Below, in pieces: positions 50,979-61,356 of a stretch of 64,000 bases of DNA (positions are counted from its first letter, which is position 1; the number at the start of each line of letters is the position of its first letter). The notes under the pieces were generated by a model, which did not search any database, was not told where the DNA came from, and was given only the letters and a program-made list of their open reading frames with translations. Position numbers and translations under genes: made by a program. The stretch comes from an uncultured Methylomirabilota bacterium (GTDB lineage: Bacteria; Methylomirabilota; Methylomirabilia; Methylomirabilales; 2-02-FULL-66-22): positions 128,001-192,000 of the forward strand of contig CAWJSJ010000002.1 of the NCBI GenBank assembly GCA_963845565.1, given 5' to 3'.

Positions 50979-51460
50979 TGGTCGATTCTCCCCAGGTCAC
51001 GGATATCGGCTATCAACCTCTCAATAAGCCGCAGGATGCCCAGGAAGCAACCGACCGGATAACAGACATACACAATCCACTGCGGGATCGGCGCAGAGAA
51101 CCAAAGCCGCTTGGACGCGAATTGATTCAGAAAGAACTTCACGCCGAGCCAGAACAGGATAACTAAGAGACCGATCATCAACAGATGGGTCAACACCCGG
51201 ATGGCCCGCTGACTCCGCGCACTGCAGAAGAGTGGAATGAGGTCGATGCCAATATGCGCATCGCCTACAATGGCCGCCGACAGCCCGATGAAACCGATGG
51301 TGTAGAGTTGGTAGCGCGCAAATTCCTCAGTGATCGGCAGGTTGATACTGAGTAGGCGCGCGGCCGCCTGCGCGAGAAGCGTCAACATGATCAGCACAAG
51401 GAAGGTGCCCCCTATGCTGCTCTCGAACTCTGACCATCGATGCGCGTTTCGTCTCGACAT
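50975..51460 (-). CDS. dctQ: TRAP transporter small permease
   Basis: TEEFARY, HIGID; four TM helices. Confidence 0.88.
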   Translation of the reverse strand: MSRRNAHRWSEFESSIGGTFLVLIMLTLLAQAAARLLSINLPITEEFARYQLYTIGFIGLSAAIVGDAHIGIDLIPLFCSARSQRAIRVLTHLLMIGLLVILFWLGVKFFLNQFASKRLWFSAPIPQWIVYVCYPVGCFLGILRLIERLIADIRDLGRIDQ

Positions 51461-51494
51461 GGGCAGCTCTCGAATCTTTTCGTCTCGGCAGCAT

Positions 51495-51527
51495 TGCAGC
51501 GGGCGAGGCGCGTCCTCGCCCGCTGCA
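51495..51527 (-). terminator. 14-bp stem-loop after dctP
   Basis: TGCAGCGGGCGAGG-CGCGT-CCTCGCCCGCTGCA. Confidence 0.65.
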
Positions 51528-51536
51528 CTTCGGCTC

Positions 51537-52522
51537 CTACCGCATGTTTCGGGCCTGCTTCACGAGTTCGGCACCTACTTGCGGCAAATACTTCTCGACC
51601 ACGGGTTCGACCTGTTTCCCGAAAGCTTGTTTCTCCGCGTCGCTCAGGGAATAGACCTGCATTCCCTTCTCGCCGAGCGTCTTCACCGCTGTGACCGCGT
51701 ATTCGTCGATCAGTTTTCGCTGGAACAGGCGAGTGTCGTTGGCTGCCGTCATCACGATCTTCTGCAGGTCGGGTCCCAGTGAATTGAAGAGCTTCTCGTT
51801 CATGATCATCACCAGCGCATCGTAGGAGTAGTCCCAGAGGCTGGCGTACTTCTGGACCTCGTAAAGCTTGCCAGTAACCAAAACGTCGACGGGATTCTCC
51901 TGCGCATCCAGAGTCCCGAGTTGAAGCGCGGTAAACACCTCACCCCAGGGCATCGGGGCAGGCGCCGCACCGAGTGCCCGCATGGTGTCGACATGCAGAG
52001 CGCTCTGCAGGACCCGGATCTTGAGACCCACCATGTCTTGCGGCGTCTTGATCACCCGCTTCGAATTGGTCACCTGTCGCGGCGTACGCGGGCACCCTGG
52101 AGTACGCGAATACCCTGCGCCTGGAACTTCGGGCCGATCTTGGCACCCGGCTCGCCATTGATCACGCGCGTCAGGTGATCAATATCCTTGTAGAAAAACG
52201 GCAGGCCGACGATCATCGCCTCCTTGACCAAGTTCGTCAGGACTGGCGACGCGATCAGCGCCGCTTCCACTGCCCCGGACTGTACCATCTGAGTGAGGGT
52301 CTCCTGGTTACCGCCGGCCAGAGCACCACCGTGGAAGTTCTGCAACTTGATCTTCCCGCCCGTCCGTTCTCCCAGCAATCGACCGAACTCCCGGATCATC
52401 TGCCCATCGATCGACTCAAAAGGACCCGTGCCGTCCATCTTGACGATGATCTGTGCCTGGGCGAGGCCAACCGCACCGGTCAGTACGATTCCGAGCACCA
52501 CTAGCAAGAACAGTCGTTTCAT
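51537..52522 (-). CDS. dctP: TRAP substrate-binding protein (frameshift near 52080)
   Basis: Signal peptide and N-terminal half in one frame; TNSKR, GLKIRV, LDAQENP in another. Confidence 0.88.
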
Positions 52523-52564
52523 CGCGCCTCCTCCGTCCGTTCGGACCATCCGGCCACCCGCGCG

Positions 52565-53332
52565 CTAGCTGCGCACGGCCGCGAGACCCTGCCGTAGCGC
52601 CTGCTGATAGATCCAGACGTCTGCGGTGTACACCAGGAACCGGAACCCTTGTTGGCGCCGCGCTTGAAGCTCCGCCACATCCAGGCTGCCGAAGCCGCCG
52701 GCCTTCCCGTGCCGCTGGCAGGCCTCCAGCACGCGGGCCACGGCGCGCTGGAAGTCGGGATGCGTGAACTGGCCGGGGATCCCCATGGAGTTGGTGAGGT
52801 CGAACTGCCCGATCCAGAGCACATCCACCCCGTCCACGGCGGCGATCTCGTCCGCCCGCTCGACCCCCTGTGCGGTCTCGATGAGGGCAACGAGAAGGCG
52901 TTCCTCGTTGGCGCTTCGCATCTTCGCCGCAACGTCGCCCGATTGGTAGTCGTCGTGGGCCACGTTGAAAGCGGCGCCCCGGCAGCCCGCAGGGGGATAG
53001 CGGGTGAAGCGCACGGCCTCCTGAGCTTGCGACGCACTTTCCATCATAGGCAGAACGATGCCCATGGCGCCCACGTCAAGAAGGCGCGCCACGAAATGGT
53101 ACTGCCCGGCCGGCGGCCGGACGATCGGAACCAGATCCGTTCCCCGCGAGGCGGCCATCAGACGCTTGATCGTCTCGATGCTCCAGCCGGTGTGCTCCAT
53201 GTCGAACACGGCGAACTCGGCGCCGGCGGCAGCAGCGATCCGAGGGATGCCCGAGGTGTCGAACTCCAACATCATGGTGCCCACCGAGATGCCGCCGCCC
53301 TGCAATGCCCGCTTGACACGGTTCTCTCTCAC
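52565..53332 (-). CDS. HpcH/HpaI family aldolase (second paralogue)
   Basis: DMEH, YPPAGCRG, LIET, GQFDLT. Confidence 0.92.
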   Translation of the reverse strand: MRENRVKRALQGGGISVGTMMLEFDTSGIPRIAAAAGAEFAVFDMEHTGWSIETIKRLMAASRGTDLVPIVRPPAGQYHFVARLLDVGAMGIVLPMMESASQAQEAVRFTRYPPAGCRGAAFNVAHDDYQSGDVAAKMRSANEERLLVALIETAQGVERADEIAAVDGVDVLWIGQFDLTNSMGIPGQFTHPDFQRAVARVLEACQRHGKAGGFGSLDVAELQARRQQGFRFLVYTADVWIYQQALRQGLAAVRS

Positions 53333-53357
53333 GCTCGACTCCTTGTCTTGGGACGGG

Positions 53358-54119
53358 TCACTCAGGAATTACGATCGTCTCGCCCGGCTTCGGAGCGTAC
53401 GGCTTCGGCCCTTCCAGGCTTTCCAGGATTGCGAAGAACTTCCGCACGTCCGCCGAGTCGGCAGGATCGAGGTAATGGCAGCAGATGGCGTGCTCGACCT
53501 TGAGCCATTGCGCCGCCAGCGCCCCTTCCTCGCCCGACATCTCGTTGCCGTAGAAGTCCATCATGCCGTTCTGCTCGTAGTATTCACGCGTCTGCATGGC
53601 GGCGCAGAACAACCCTACCGTGGGTTGATACAGCTCGCCGATCAGCTTCAGGTCGCTGAAGAGCGCCGTATCGCCGGAATGGTAGATCCGGCACCGATCG
53701 GAGGCGTACAGGATGAAGCCCATCGGGGCGCCCGAGAGCCATTTCCCGTCCGGCGCGAGACCGACCGAGGCGTGGAAGCTGGGCACCGCTCGCACCCGGA
53801 TGCCGTTCGGATTCGTCTGCGCGTTCCAGGTCAGGACGCGGAACTGCTTCGGGTCCACACCCTGGCACGTGAGGAAGTACTTGACCTCCGGCCCGCAGAC
53901 CACCGGGCAGCGGAACCGCTTCGCGACGTCGGCCGCCTCGCCGAGGTGATCGCCCGCCAGGTGCGTGACGAGGAGCAAGTCCACCCGCTCCAGATCCATG
54001 ACCCTGACCGAACTCACGGGATTGAGACGCTCGAGACAAGGATCGATCATCACAACGCGACCATCGGAAAGTGTGATCCGAAAGGCGCCGAGACCCAGGA
54101 ATTGAATCTGCGTGCTCAT
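53358..54119 (-). CDS. Metallo-beta-lactamase-fold hydrolase (UPF0173/UlaG-like)
   Basis: IDP, THLAGDH, SFH, YHSGDT, CHY. Confidence 0.88.
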   Translation of the reverse strand: MSTQIQFLGLGAFRITLSDGRVVMIDPCLERLNPVSSVRVMDLERVDLLLVTHLAGDHLGEAADVAKRFRCPVVCGPEVKYFLTCQGVDPKQFRVLTWNAQTNPNGIRVRAVPSFHASVGLAPDGKWLSGAPMGFILYASDRCRIYHSGDTALFSDLKLIGELYQPTVGLFCAAMQTREYYEQNGMMDFYGNEMSGEEGALAAQWLKVEHAICCHYLDPADSADVRKFFAILESLEGPKPYAPKPGETIVIPE

Positions 54120-54138
54120 GTCGTCTCCCGATTCGAGA

Positions 54139-54987
54139 TCATCGCTCGTGTCGTCTTGCGCAGGATCGGTCCGCGGCCCGACGCCCGAGTTCTTCCGACC
54201 CGCAACGGCGACGCCTTTCCCCTCCGGGGCATCGACACGCTTGGGAATCCGTCTCCGCGGCTTCCCCCGCCAGCACTCGCCGCATCGTCTGTTCGGCTTC
54301 GCGCAGATGGCCGGCCATCGCGGCCCGGGCCTTCTCGGAAGACCGGGCTCGAATCGCGTCGTAGACGTTCCGGTGATGGTGCAGTGCCTTCGCCTGGTAG
54401 TCGGGCAGTCGCACCCCGAGCAACCGTGCGCGCATGAGCACCTCGGAGATGGAACGCAACACAATGGGAAAGAGGGGATTCTTACTGGCGATCGCCACGC
54501 GATCGTGGAACTCGTAATCGATCTTCGCCCAGTCTCCTCGACTGCTTCCCGGCCGAGCCATCAGGCCGAGCAACCGCTCCAGTTCCGCCAGGTCATCGGG
54601 CCCGCGACGTTCCGCCGCCAGCCCGGACATCTCGATTTCCAGGATGCGACGCATTTCGAGGATGTGCCCAGACGTTACATCCCCCGTCTCCATATGCGAG
54701 ACGCAGATGCCGAGCAACTCGGAGACCAGATCGGTCGAGGGGGCCCGGACATATGCCCCGGCGCCGTCCCGAACCTCCACGAGTCCCTTCGTCGAGAGTG
54801 TGCGTAGCGCCTCGCGGATCACGGTCCGGCTGACACCCAGACGGCTGCCCAGTTCGCGTTCGGACGGAAGGCGGTCGCCAGGTTGGAATGTGCGGCGCGT
54901 GATGAGAGACTGCAATTGCTGGGTGGCGCGGTCCGCAAGCTTGGGCTCACGCACCAGCGGGGCGTAGGCATCGTCTCGACTGACCAT
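54139..54987 (-). CDS. FadR/GntR family transcriptional regulator
   Basis: PGDRLPSERELG, GVSRTVIREAL, FCD domain (DYEFH, NP); 3' end may be extended. Confidence 0.92.
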   Translation of the reverse strand: MVSRDDAYAPLVREPKLADRATQQLQSLITRRTFQPGDRLPSERELGSRLGVSRTVIREALRTLSTKGLVEVRDGAGAYVRAPSTDLVSELLGICVSHMETGDVTSGHILEMRRILEIEMSGLAAERRGPDDLAELERLLGLMARPGSSRGDWAKIDYEFHDRVAIASKNPLFPIVLRSISEVLMRARLLGVRLPDYQAKALHHHRNVYDAIRARSSEKARAAMAGHLREAEQTMRRVLAGEAAETDSQACRCPGGERRRRCGSEELGRRAADRSCARRHER

Positions 54988-55008
54988 GGCGGGCCCCTTA
55001 GGATGGAT

Positions 55009-55034
55009 TGGTATGCTGGCATGCGGTATACCAG
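55009..55034. promoter_or_regulatory. Putative FadR-type operator(s)
   Basis: TGGTATGC...GGTATACCAG directly upstream of the FadR gene. Confidence 0.5.
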
Positions 55035-55057
55035 ACATGACTTTCGCTTGTCAACCT

Positions 55058-55135
55058 CCTTCGCCGGCTCATTTCTTCAGTGGCCAGACAATCTATGTGA
55101 ATGGCGGCTTCCTTGCCGGAAGCCATTGGAATGCG
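55058..55135 (+). pseudogene. SDR oxidoreductase C-terminal relic
   Basis: SPAHFFSGQTIYVNGGFLAG resembles the SDR terminal TGQ.I.VDGG motif. Confidence 0.55.
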
Positions 55136-55241
55136 CCGCCAGGTAGCGGCCTGAGTACCTGTCAGAAGAAACATCTGCCCTGAGGGGTTGACCCTGCCGA
55201 TCGGGGCGTCTCGGCAAAACACTATATATTGCTCTTCTCCC

Positions 55242-56102
55242 CTATGCCGGTGCGCCTTGTCGGAGACGTAGCGCTGTCTCAATCTCGGCCACGGCTGTGT
55301 CGCGGATCTCCCGACTTATTGGGCTGGCATGCCACTCCATGACATGCTCCATGAAGGACACGCCCTTCCCTTTGACCGTTTTGCAGATGAGGACGGATGG
55401 TCGGCCTTTTGTCCCTCGGGCCCAGGCGAAGGCGTCCACGAGCGCCGCCACGTCATGGCCGTCAACTTCCCGCACGTTCCAGCCGAAGGCGGACCACTTG
55501 TCGGCATACGGCTCGACGTTCATCACGTCCTGCAGTTGGCCATCGACCTGTAGATTGTTCCGGTCCACGACCGCCGTGAGATTGTCCGAGTGGTAATGGG
55601 CGGCCGCCATCGCCGCCTCCCAGATCATACCTTCCTGCGTCTCCCCGTCCGAGAGTAGACAATACACCTGGAACCCCTTGCCCGCTTGTTTCGCCCCCAG
55701 GGCCATCCCCAGCGCCACCGAGAGCCCCTGGCCCAACGACCCGCTCGTCATATCGAGGCCCGGCGTCTTCCGGCAATCCGGATGCCCCTGGAGGATCGAC
55801 CCTAGATGGCGAAGCGTCCACAGGTGTTCGCGGGCAAAGTACCCGCGGCGGGCCAGGGCGGCGTATACCATGGGGGCCGCGTGGCCCTTGGAGAGCACCA
55901 AGCGATCCCGATCTTCCCAATCAGGCCGATTCGGGTCGAGGCGCATGGCGTGCCAGTACAACGCCACCACGATCTCGGCGATGGAGAAGGACCCGCCCGG
56001 ATGCCCGCTCCCCCCGTGGTAGATCATGTCAATCACGTCTCGCCGGAGTTCATAGGCAACGATATCGAGGTCCCGGACCTGCAATTTGCCATCTGTCGTC
56101 AT
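55242..56102 (-). CDS. Split transketolase, N-terminal subunit (set 2)
   Basis: GHPGGS, LSKGHAAP, LQGHP, GSLGQG, SDGETQEG...N, TVKGKG, WH. Confidence 0.95.
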   Translation of the reverse strand: MTTDGKLQVRDLDIVAYELRRDVIDMIYHGGSGHPGGSFSIAEIVVALYWHAMRLDPNRPDWEDRDRLVLSKGHAAPMVYAALARRGYFAREHLWTLRHLGSILQGHPDCRKTPGLDMTSGSLGQGLSVALGMALGAKQAGKGFQVYCLLSDGETQEGMIWEAAMAAAHYHSDNLTAVVDRNNLQVDGQLQDVMNVEPYADKWSAFGWNVREVDGHDVAALVDAFAWARGTKGRPSVLICKTVKGKGVSFMEHVMEWHASPISREIRDTAVAEIETALRLRQGAPA

Positions 56103-56136
56103 GCGCGCTCCATTCGAGTCACTGCGCGATGTGGCC

Positions 56137-57087
56137 CTACTGCTGGTTTGCCAAAGCACGGATCGCGTCGATAATGGCCGGCCGGCCGACTCCATACTTA
56201 TTGCGGACACTCTCGCTCGGTCCCGATTCGGTATAGACATCCCGGATCCCCAGGGCATGGAATCGCGTCATGACGCCTGCGGTGAGAAGTGCGTCACTGG
56301 AAGCCGAGCCGAGTCCACCTATCACGCTGTGGTCCTCGACGGTGACGAGTCGTCCGGTCTTCCGAACGGAGGCGCAGAGGAGGTCGGCATCCAGTGGTTT
56401 CAGCGTCGGAAACTCCAGTACCTCCACGGACAGCCCTTCCGCCTGCCATGGCGTCTGCGGCGGCCAAGGCGCGATGCACGGCGAGACCGTAAGCCGCGAC
56501 CGTCACATCCGATCCCCTCACGCAGCCGATACCCCCGGCCGATGACGAACTTCATCGTCTCGACGTGGACGCAGGGCACGTTCTCATACTCCAGCCGAAT
56601 ATAGATCGGCCCCGCATGCTGCACCGCCGCTCGCAACATCTTCCGCGTCAGCACGGCATCGGAGGGGCTCATCACCACTAGGTTGGCGAAGCTCCGCATG
56701 ATGGCAATGTCCTCGAGCGATTGGTGGGTGGCGCCATCCTTCCCGTTGCTGAGCCCTGCATATCCTCCGATGATCTTCACATTGAACCGCGGGTAGCAGA
56801 TCGATGTGCGGATCGGCTCCGCAGCACGCAACGAGGCGAAGATGGCGAACGTGACGGCGACCGGGACGCGTCCGGCCGCGGCGAGGCCGGCCGCGATCCC
56901 GAACAGGTTTTGCTCGGCGACGCCGACGTCGTAGAAGCGGCCCGGGAAGGCGTCGCGGAAGCGCCGCGTCCGCGAGGTCCGCGATACGTCGGCGTCCAAG
57001 ACGACCAACCGCCCTTCCTCTGGGCGCAAGCGCGATCAGTTCGTCAATCAGCGCTTCGCGCGGATCGGTGAGTTGTGACGAGGTCAC
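56137..57087 (-). CDS. Split transketolase, C-terminal subunit (set 2; about 3 frameshifts)
   Basis: DADV, GVAEQN, DGATHQ, LKPLD, VEDH; frames switch near 57025, 56510 and 56430. Confidence 0.88.
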
Positions 57088-57107
57088 GAGTCCTCCTCGG
57101 GGCGAGC

Positions 57108-58389
57108 CTAAAAGTAGCTGAAGATTAGGTTCGGGAGCCATGTCACGAGCGCCGGGATGTAGGTGATGAGACCGAGGACCCCGAGGAGCGCGATGAAGAA
57201 CGGGATGCTCTCCCTGATGTACTCCTCCACCGAGATCTTCGCGATCGCGCACGACCACGAACATGCACATGCCCACCGGGGGCGTGAGGAGCCCGATCAT
57301 CAGGTTGAGCACGAAGACCACGCCGAAGTGGACCGGGTCGATATGGAAGGCCTTGATCAACGGGATGAGGATGGGCGTGGACAGCACGATGATGGCCGTG
57401 GTTTCCATCACGCATCCCAGGATCAGAAAGGCGATATTCAAGATGAGAAGGAGCACCACCGGACTCGAGGTCACATTGCTCAGCGCCCGGAAGATCGCGT
57501 CCGGGATTTTCTCGGCCGCGATCACCCACCGCAGGGGCGACGTGGCGGCGATGATCAACATAACCACCGCCGTGCTCATGGCCGTTTGCGCGAAGATCCC
57601 CGGCAGCATCCGCAGGGTGAGCGTCCGGTAGATGAAGAGTCCGAGGATCAAAGCGTAGACCGCGGCCACGCCCGCGGCCTCCGTCGGCGTGAAGATCCCA
57701 CCGATGATCCCGCCCATAATGATGACCGGCAGGACGAGCGCCGTGGCTGACTCCCGGAAACTTTGCCCGAACTCCCCCCACGTCGCTTTCTGGTCCCGCG
57801 GCAGGCGCCGGCGTCTCGCCAGGATGGAAATCGCGACCATGAGGAACGCCGCCATGAACAGCGCCGGCACCGCACCGCCCAGGAAGAGCTTCCCGACCGA
57901 CACGTTCGCCATGCCGCCGAAGATGACCATGGGGATGCTCGGCGGGAAGATGGGCCCGATCGTCGCCGATGCGGCGGTGATGGCCGCGGCAAACTTCGCC
58001 GTGTACCCCTGCTTCTGCATGGCAGGAATCTGGACGGCCCCGAGGCCCGTGGCGTCGGCCACGGCGGAGCCCGACATGCCGGCCATGATCAGGTTGGAGA
58101 TCACGTTGACGTGCGCGAGCCCCCCCGCGATATGGCCGACCAGGGCACGTGTGAACCGAAAGAGGCGGTCGGTGACGCCCGCCTCATTCATGAGACCGCC
58201 CGCCAGCATGAACAGGGGAACTGCCAGGAGGACGAAGGACTGGATCCCCCCGACGAACATCTGAGGGATCATATCCAGCGAATTGCCCATGAGGACCATG
58301 ACGATGCAGGAGGTGACCAGCAGCGCGAAGGCCAGCGGGACGTTGGCCGCCACCAAGACCGCGAGCACGAGGCCCAGGATCGTGGTCAT
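57108..58389 (-). CDS. dctM: TRAP large permease (frameshifted near the 3' end, from about 57250)
   Basis: GMSGSAVAD, IFPPSIP, FTPTEAA, LTPPVG. Confidence 0.92.
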
Positions 58390-58886
58390 TGGGCCGCCCC
58401 CTCCGGCGGGCGGCCGGGCGTCCGGCGCCACGGCCGCTCCTCCCACAGCGCCAGCAGCGTGTAGCACCCCATGAACAAGGCCGACACGGGGACCGCCGCG
58501 TAGAAGTATGCCTGGGACACCACCATCGCCCCCGTGCGGGATGGGGCGATCGCCAGGGTATAGCGCATGCCAATCACGAACAGGACCGCGAACAACCCGA
58601 GCAGGAGAACGTTTGTGCCGAACTCCAGCCACCCCCTGACCCCGTCCGGAAGCAGGCGGACGAGAAGCTCGATCCGGATGTTCGCCTTCTTGGAGATGGC
58701 GTAACTACCCGCCAGGAAGGACATCCAGACCAGTCCCATGGTACCCAGCTCGCCGCTCCACGGGAGGGAACTCCGCAGGATGAAACGGAAGACCACCTCG
58801 AGGGCCACCGAGGACACGATCACCGTGAGAGTGAGGCCGCTCAGAACATAGAGCACTTTGTCCATGATGCGCCGCGCTGCGATCAT
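58386..58886 (-). CDS. dctQ: TRAP small permease
   Basis: EVVFRF, WSGEL; four TM helices. Confidence 0.9.
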   Translation of the reverse strand: MIAARRIMDKVLYVLSGLTLTVIVSSVALEVVFRFILRSSLPWSGELGTMGLVWMSFLAGSYAISKKANIRIELLVRLLPDGVRGWLEFGTNVLLLGLFAVLFVIGMRYTLAIAPSRTGAMVVSQAYFYAAVPVSALFMGCYTLLALWEERPWRRTPGRPPEGAAQ

Positions 58887-58900
58887 GCTTTCCTCGCCTC

Positions 58901-58934
58901 CCCCGCTACGCCCCCGGGTGGGGGCGTAGCGGGG
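58901..58934 (-). terminator. 15-bp stem-loop after dctP
   Basis: CCCCGCTACGCCCCC-GGGT-GGGGGCGTAGCGGGG. Confidence 0.65.
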
Positions 58935-58946
58935 TCGGGACCAGGG

Positions 58947-59936
58947 CTATTTCACGGCTACGATCTTCTCGTAGAGGCCGGGGCTCCAGAGCGCTTCCAG
59001 CTCCTTCATGTATTTCTTGGCGTTCTCGCGGAAGAGCGGCACGTTAGGCTCGATGATCTTCATCCCAAGCTTGATGAACTTCTCTTTGGCCTTCTCGTCC
59101 GCCTCCAGCTGAAGCTTGTTGTTATACTCCCGGGCCTCCTTCACGGCGCTCACGATGATCGTTTGATAGTTCGCGGGCAGGCTGTCGAAGAACTTGGCGT
59201 TGATACCAACGATCTGGGACTGGTAGATGTGGCCAGTCAGCATGACGAATTTCTGGACCTCGTAGTACTTCTTGGAGTCGATCGTGCCCAGGGCGTTCTC
59301 TTGCCCCTCGGCGACCCCCTGCTGGAGGGCCATGTAGAGTTCCGCGAAGTCCACCGGCACGGGGTTCGCGCCCAAGCTCTTCACCGCCGCCAGATAGATC
59401 GGCGCCTGCGGCGCGCGGATCTTCACCCCTTTCAGATCGTCCGGCTTCGTTACCGACAGGCTCTTGGTGGTCAGATGCCGCGGGCCGTTGATCCACAGGG
59501 AATCGAGCATTTTGACGCCGTTGCTCGCGAGGAGCTTGTCACCCAACTCCTTCCCGACGGGCCCTTCCATGGTCTTCTGCAGATGTGCGTAATCCCGCCA
59601 GATGTAGGGACACAGCATGACCTGGAAGTCCTTGACGTAGTTCCCCAGGTTGCCGGGCGACACGATGAACATCTGCATGGTGCCGCCCTGGGTGAGCGAG
59701 ACCATCTCCGGCTCGGTGCCGAGCTGCTGGGCCGGGAAGTGGTCTACCTGGATCTCGCCGTTGGATTTGGCTTTCACGATCTCGGCGAACTTGTTCCCCG
59801 CCAGCGTGTGGTAGTGATCCGGCTCGTTCGGCACTGCCGATCTTGATGGTGTACTTGGCCGTCCCGGCCGAGGCGCTCCAGGGCAGCAGGAGCAGGGCAC
59901 AGACACGAGAGTGGTCAGGATTCCCCAGCGCTTCAT
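58947..59936 (-). CDS. dctP: TRAP substrate-binding protein
   Basis: FPAQQLG, DLKGVKIR, LQQGVAEGQEN; the signal region seems to carry compensating indels. Confidence 0.92.
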   Translation of the reverse strand: MKRWGILTTLVSVPCSCCPGAPRPGRPSTPSRSAVPNEPDHYHTLAGNKFAEIVKAKSNGEIQVDHFPAQQLGTEPEMVSLTQGGTMQMFIVSPGNLGNYVKDFQVMLCPYIWRDYAHLQKTMEGPVGKELGDKLLASNGVKMLDSLWINGPRHLTTKSLSVTKPDDLKGVKIRAPQAPIYLAAVKSLGANPVPVDFAELYMALQQGVAEGQENALGTIDSKKYYEVQKFVMLTGHIYQSQIVGINAKFFDSLPANYQTIIVSAVKEAREYNNKLQLEADEKAKEKFIKLGMKIIEPNVPLFRENAKKYMKELEALWSPGLYEKIVAVK

Positions 59937-60037
59937 GGCTCGACGCTCCTTTCCGAGAGAGTGACGGGTTGAAACAGGACCGTGTCGAAGAGTGTTCCAG
60001 GCATGGTGCGCTACCGGCATCCGCGCCTCCGGCGGCG

Positions 60038-61132
60038 TCACTTCGTGCCGACCGACGGCTCAGGAATTCCTCGCGCGTCTACGCCCACCCGAGCCGCCAT
60101 GGCCCGGATGCCGCGCAGCGTTTCCGCATTGAGCGGAACCCCCTCCGCGCGGTACCGCCGCTCGGTGTCGGCTTCCAACTCGCCGGGCGAGTACACGCGG
60201 TCTGACCCCGGCGCGGGCCGACTCGTGCGGATCTGGCGGACGACGGCATCCACGCGCTGCTTGAAGAGCGCGGGATCGAGGAAAGGGCGGACATTCAGCG
60301 CCAGAAAGAAGTGCCCGTCGGCCCCGGGTTTTGGGCCGTCCACCATGTTCCCGAGCGCCGTACCGAAGCTCGCCCCGGCTAACAGGGTGGAGAGCACACC
60401 CATGATGATCGCCAAGCCTGTCCCTTTGTAGCCGCCGATGGGCTGTAGGAGGCCGTCTAAAGCCGCTCCCGCGTCCGTGGTGGGATGGCCGGCCGCATCG
60501 AAGGCCCATCCCGCGGGAATCGGGAACGCTTTCTGATGGTAGACCCGGATCTTACCGTGGGAGGAGGCGCTGAACGCCGCGTCGAAGACGATGGGCGGCT
60601 CCGCCGCCGCGGGGATGGCGATCCCGAGGGGGTTGATCCCGAGAATCTTGTCGATCCCCCCCCAGGGGGCCATGGTCGGCAAGGCGTTCGTCGTCGCGAC
60701 CCCGATCATGTCCTCGGGCAGCGCCATCATCGCGTAGTACGCCATTGCCCCGGAGTGGTTGCTGCCCCGGACCACCGCAACCGACACGGCCGCCTCTTTC
60801 GCCTTGGCGATCGCGGCCCGCATGGCGAAGGCGGAGCCGATCTGGCCCATGCTGTTGCCGCCGTCCACGACGAGCGCCCCACCTGTTTCCGACACGATCT
60901 GCGGACGGCCCCGGGGATTCACGCCGTCATCGAGGAGCTTCCCGACGTAATCCGGGACCCGCAGCACGCCGTGGGAGTGCACGCCCCGGAGATCCGCAGC
61001 CACCAAGGTGTCGGCCAGGAGCGCGGCATCGGAAGCGCCCATTCCGCATGCCGCGAAGATGTCCCGGCAGACGGTGTGGAGCACCCCATAGGAAAGCCTT
61101 GTTTCCGTTTCACTTCCGGGATAGCTCGCCAT
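60038..61132 (-). CDS. Ldh_2 family (type 2 malate/L-lactate/sulfolactate/ureidoglycolate-like) dehydrogenase
   Basis: ADLRGVHSHG, SNHSGA, GINP, GGYKGTGL, PGE. Confidence 0.93.
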   Translation of the reverse strand: MASYPGSETETRLSYGVLHTVCRDIFAACGMGASDAALLADTLVAADLRGVHSHGVLRVPDYVGKLLDDGVNPRGRPQIVSETGGALVVDGGNSMGQIGSAFAMRAAIAKAKEAAVSVAVVRGSNHSGAMAYYAMMALPEDMIGVATTNALPTMAPWGGIDKILGINPLGIAIPAAAEPPIVFDAAFSASSHGKIRVYHQKAFPIPAGWAFDAAGHPTTDAGAALDGLLQPIGGYKGTGLAIIMGVLSTLLAGASFGTALGNMVDGPKPGADGHFFLALNVRPFLDPALFKQRVDAVVRQIRTSRPAPGSDRVYSPGELEADTERRYRAEGVPLNAETLRGIRAMAARVGVDARGIPEPSVGTK

Positions 61133-61305
61133 GTGCGTCCTCGCTATGACGACGGTGAACCGTCGGATATGATGAAAAAGGAACGAGCAAAATGGCGCGC
61201 AAGTGGCGCGGAGGCCCTAGGCGGGAGGGGATGCGGATTCGAACTGAAGCGTCCATGCGGGCGTTCTCGTCGAACCGTACGTTTCTTCTCTTGTGTAGTC
61301 CTATT

Positions 61306-61320
61306 ATCATATAGTATGAT
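61306..61320. promoter_or_regulatory. Palindromic operator-like site in an AT-rich divergent promoter
   Basis: ATCATA-TAG-TATGAT. Confidence 0.5.
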
Positions 61321-61356
61321 GAATCACAAGATAGAAAAAATAGAAAGGCCAGACCG

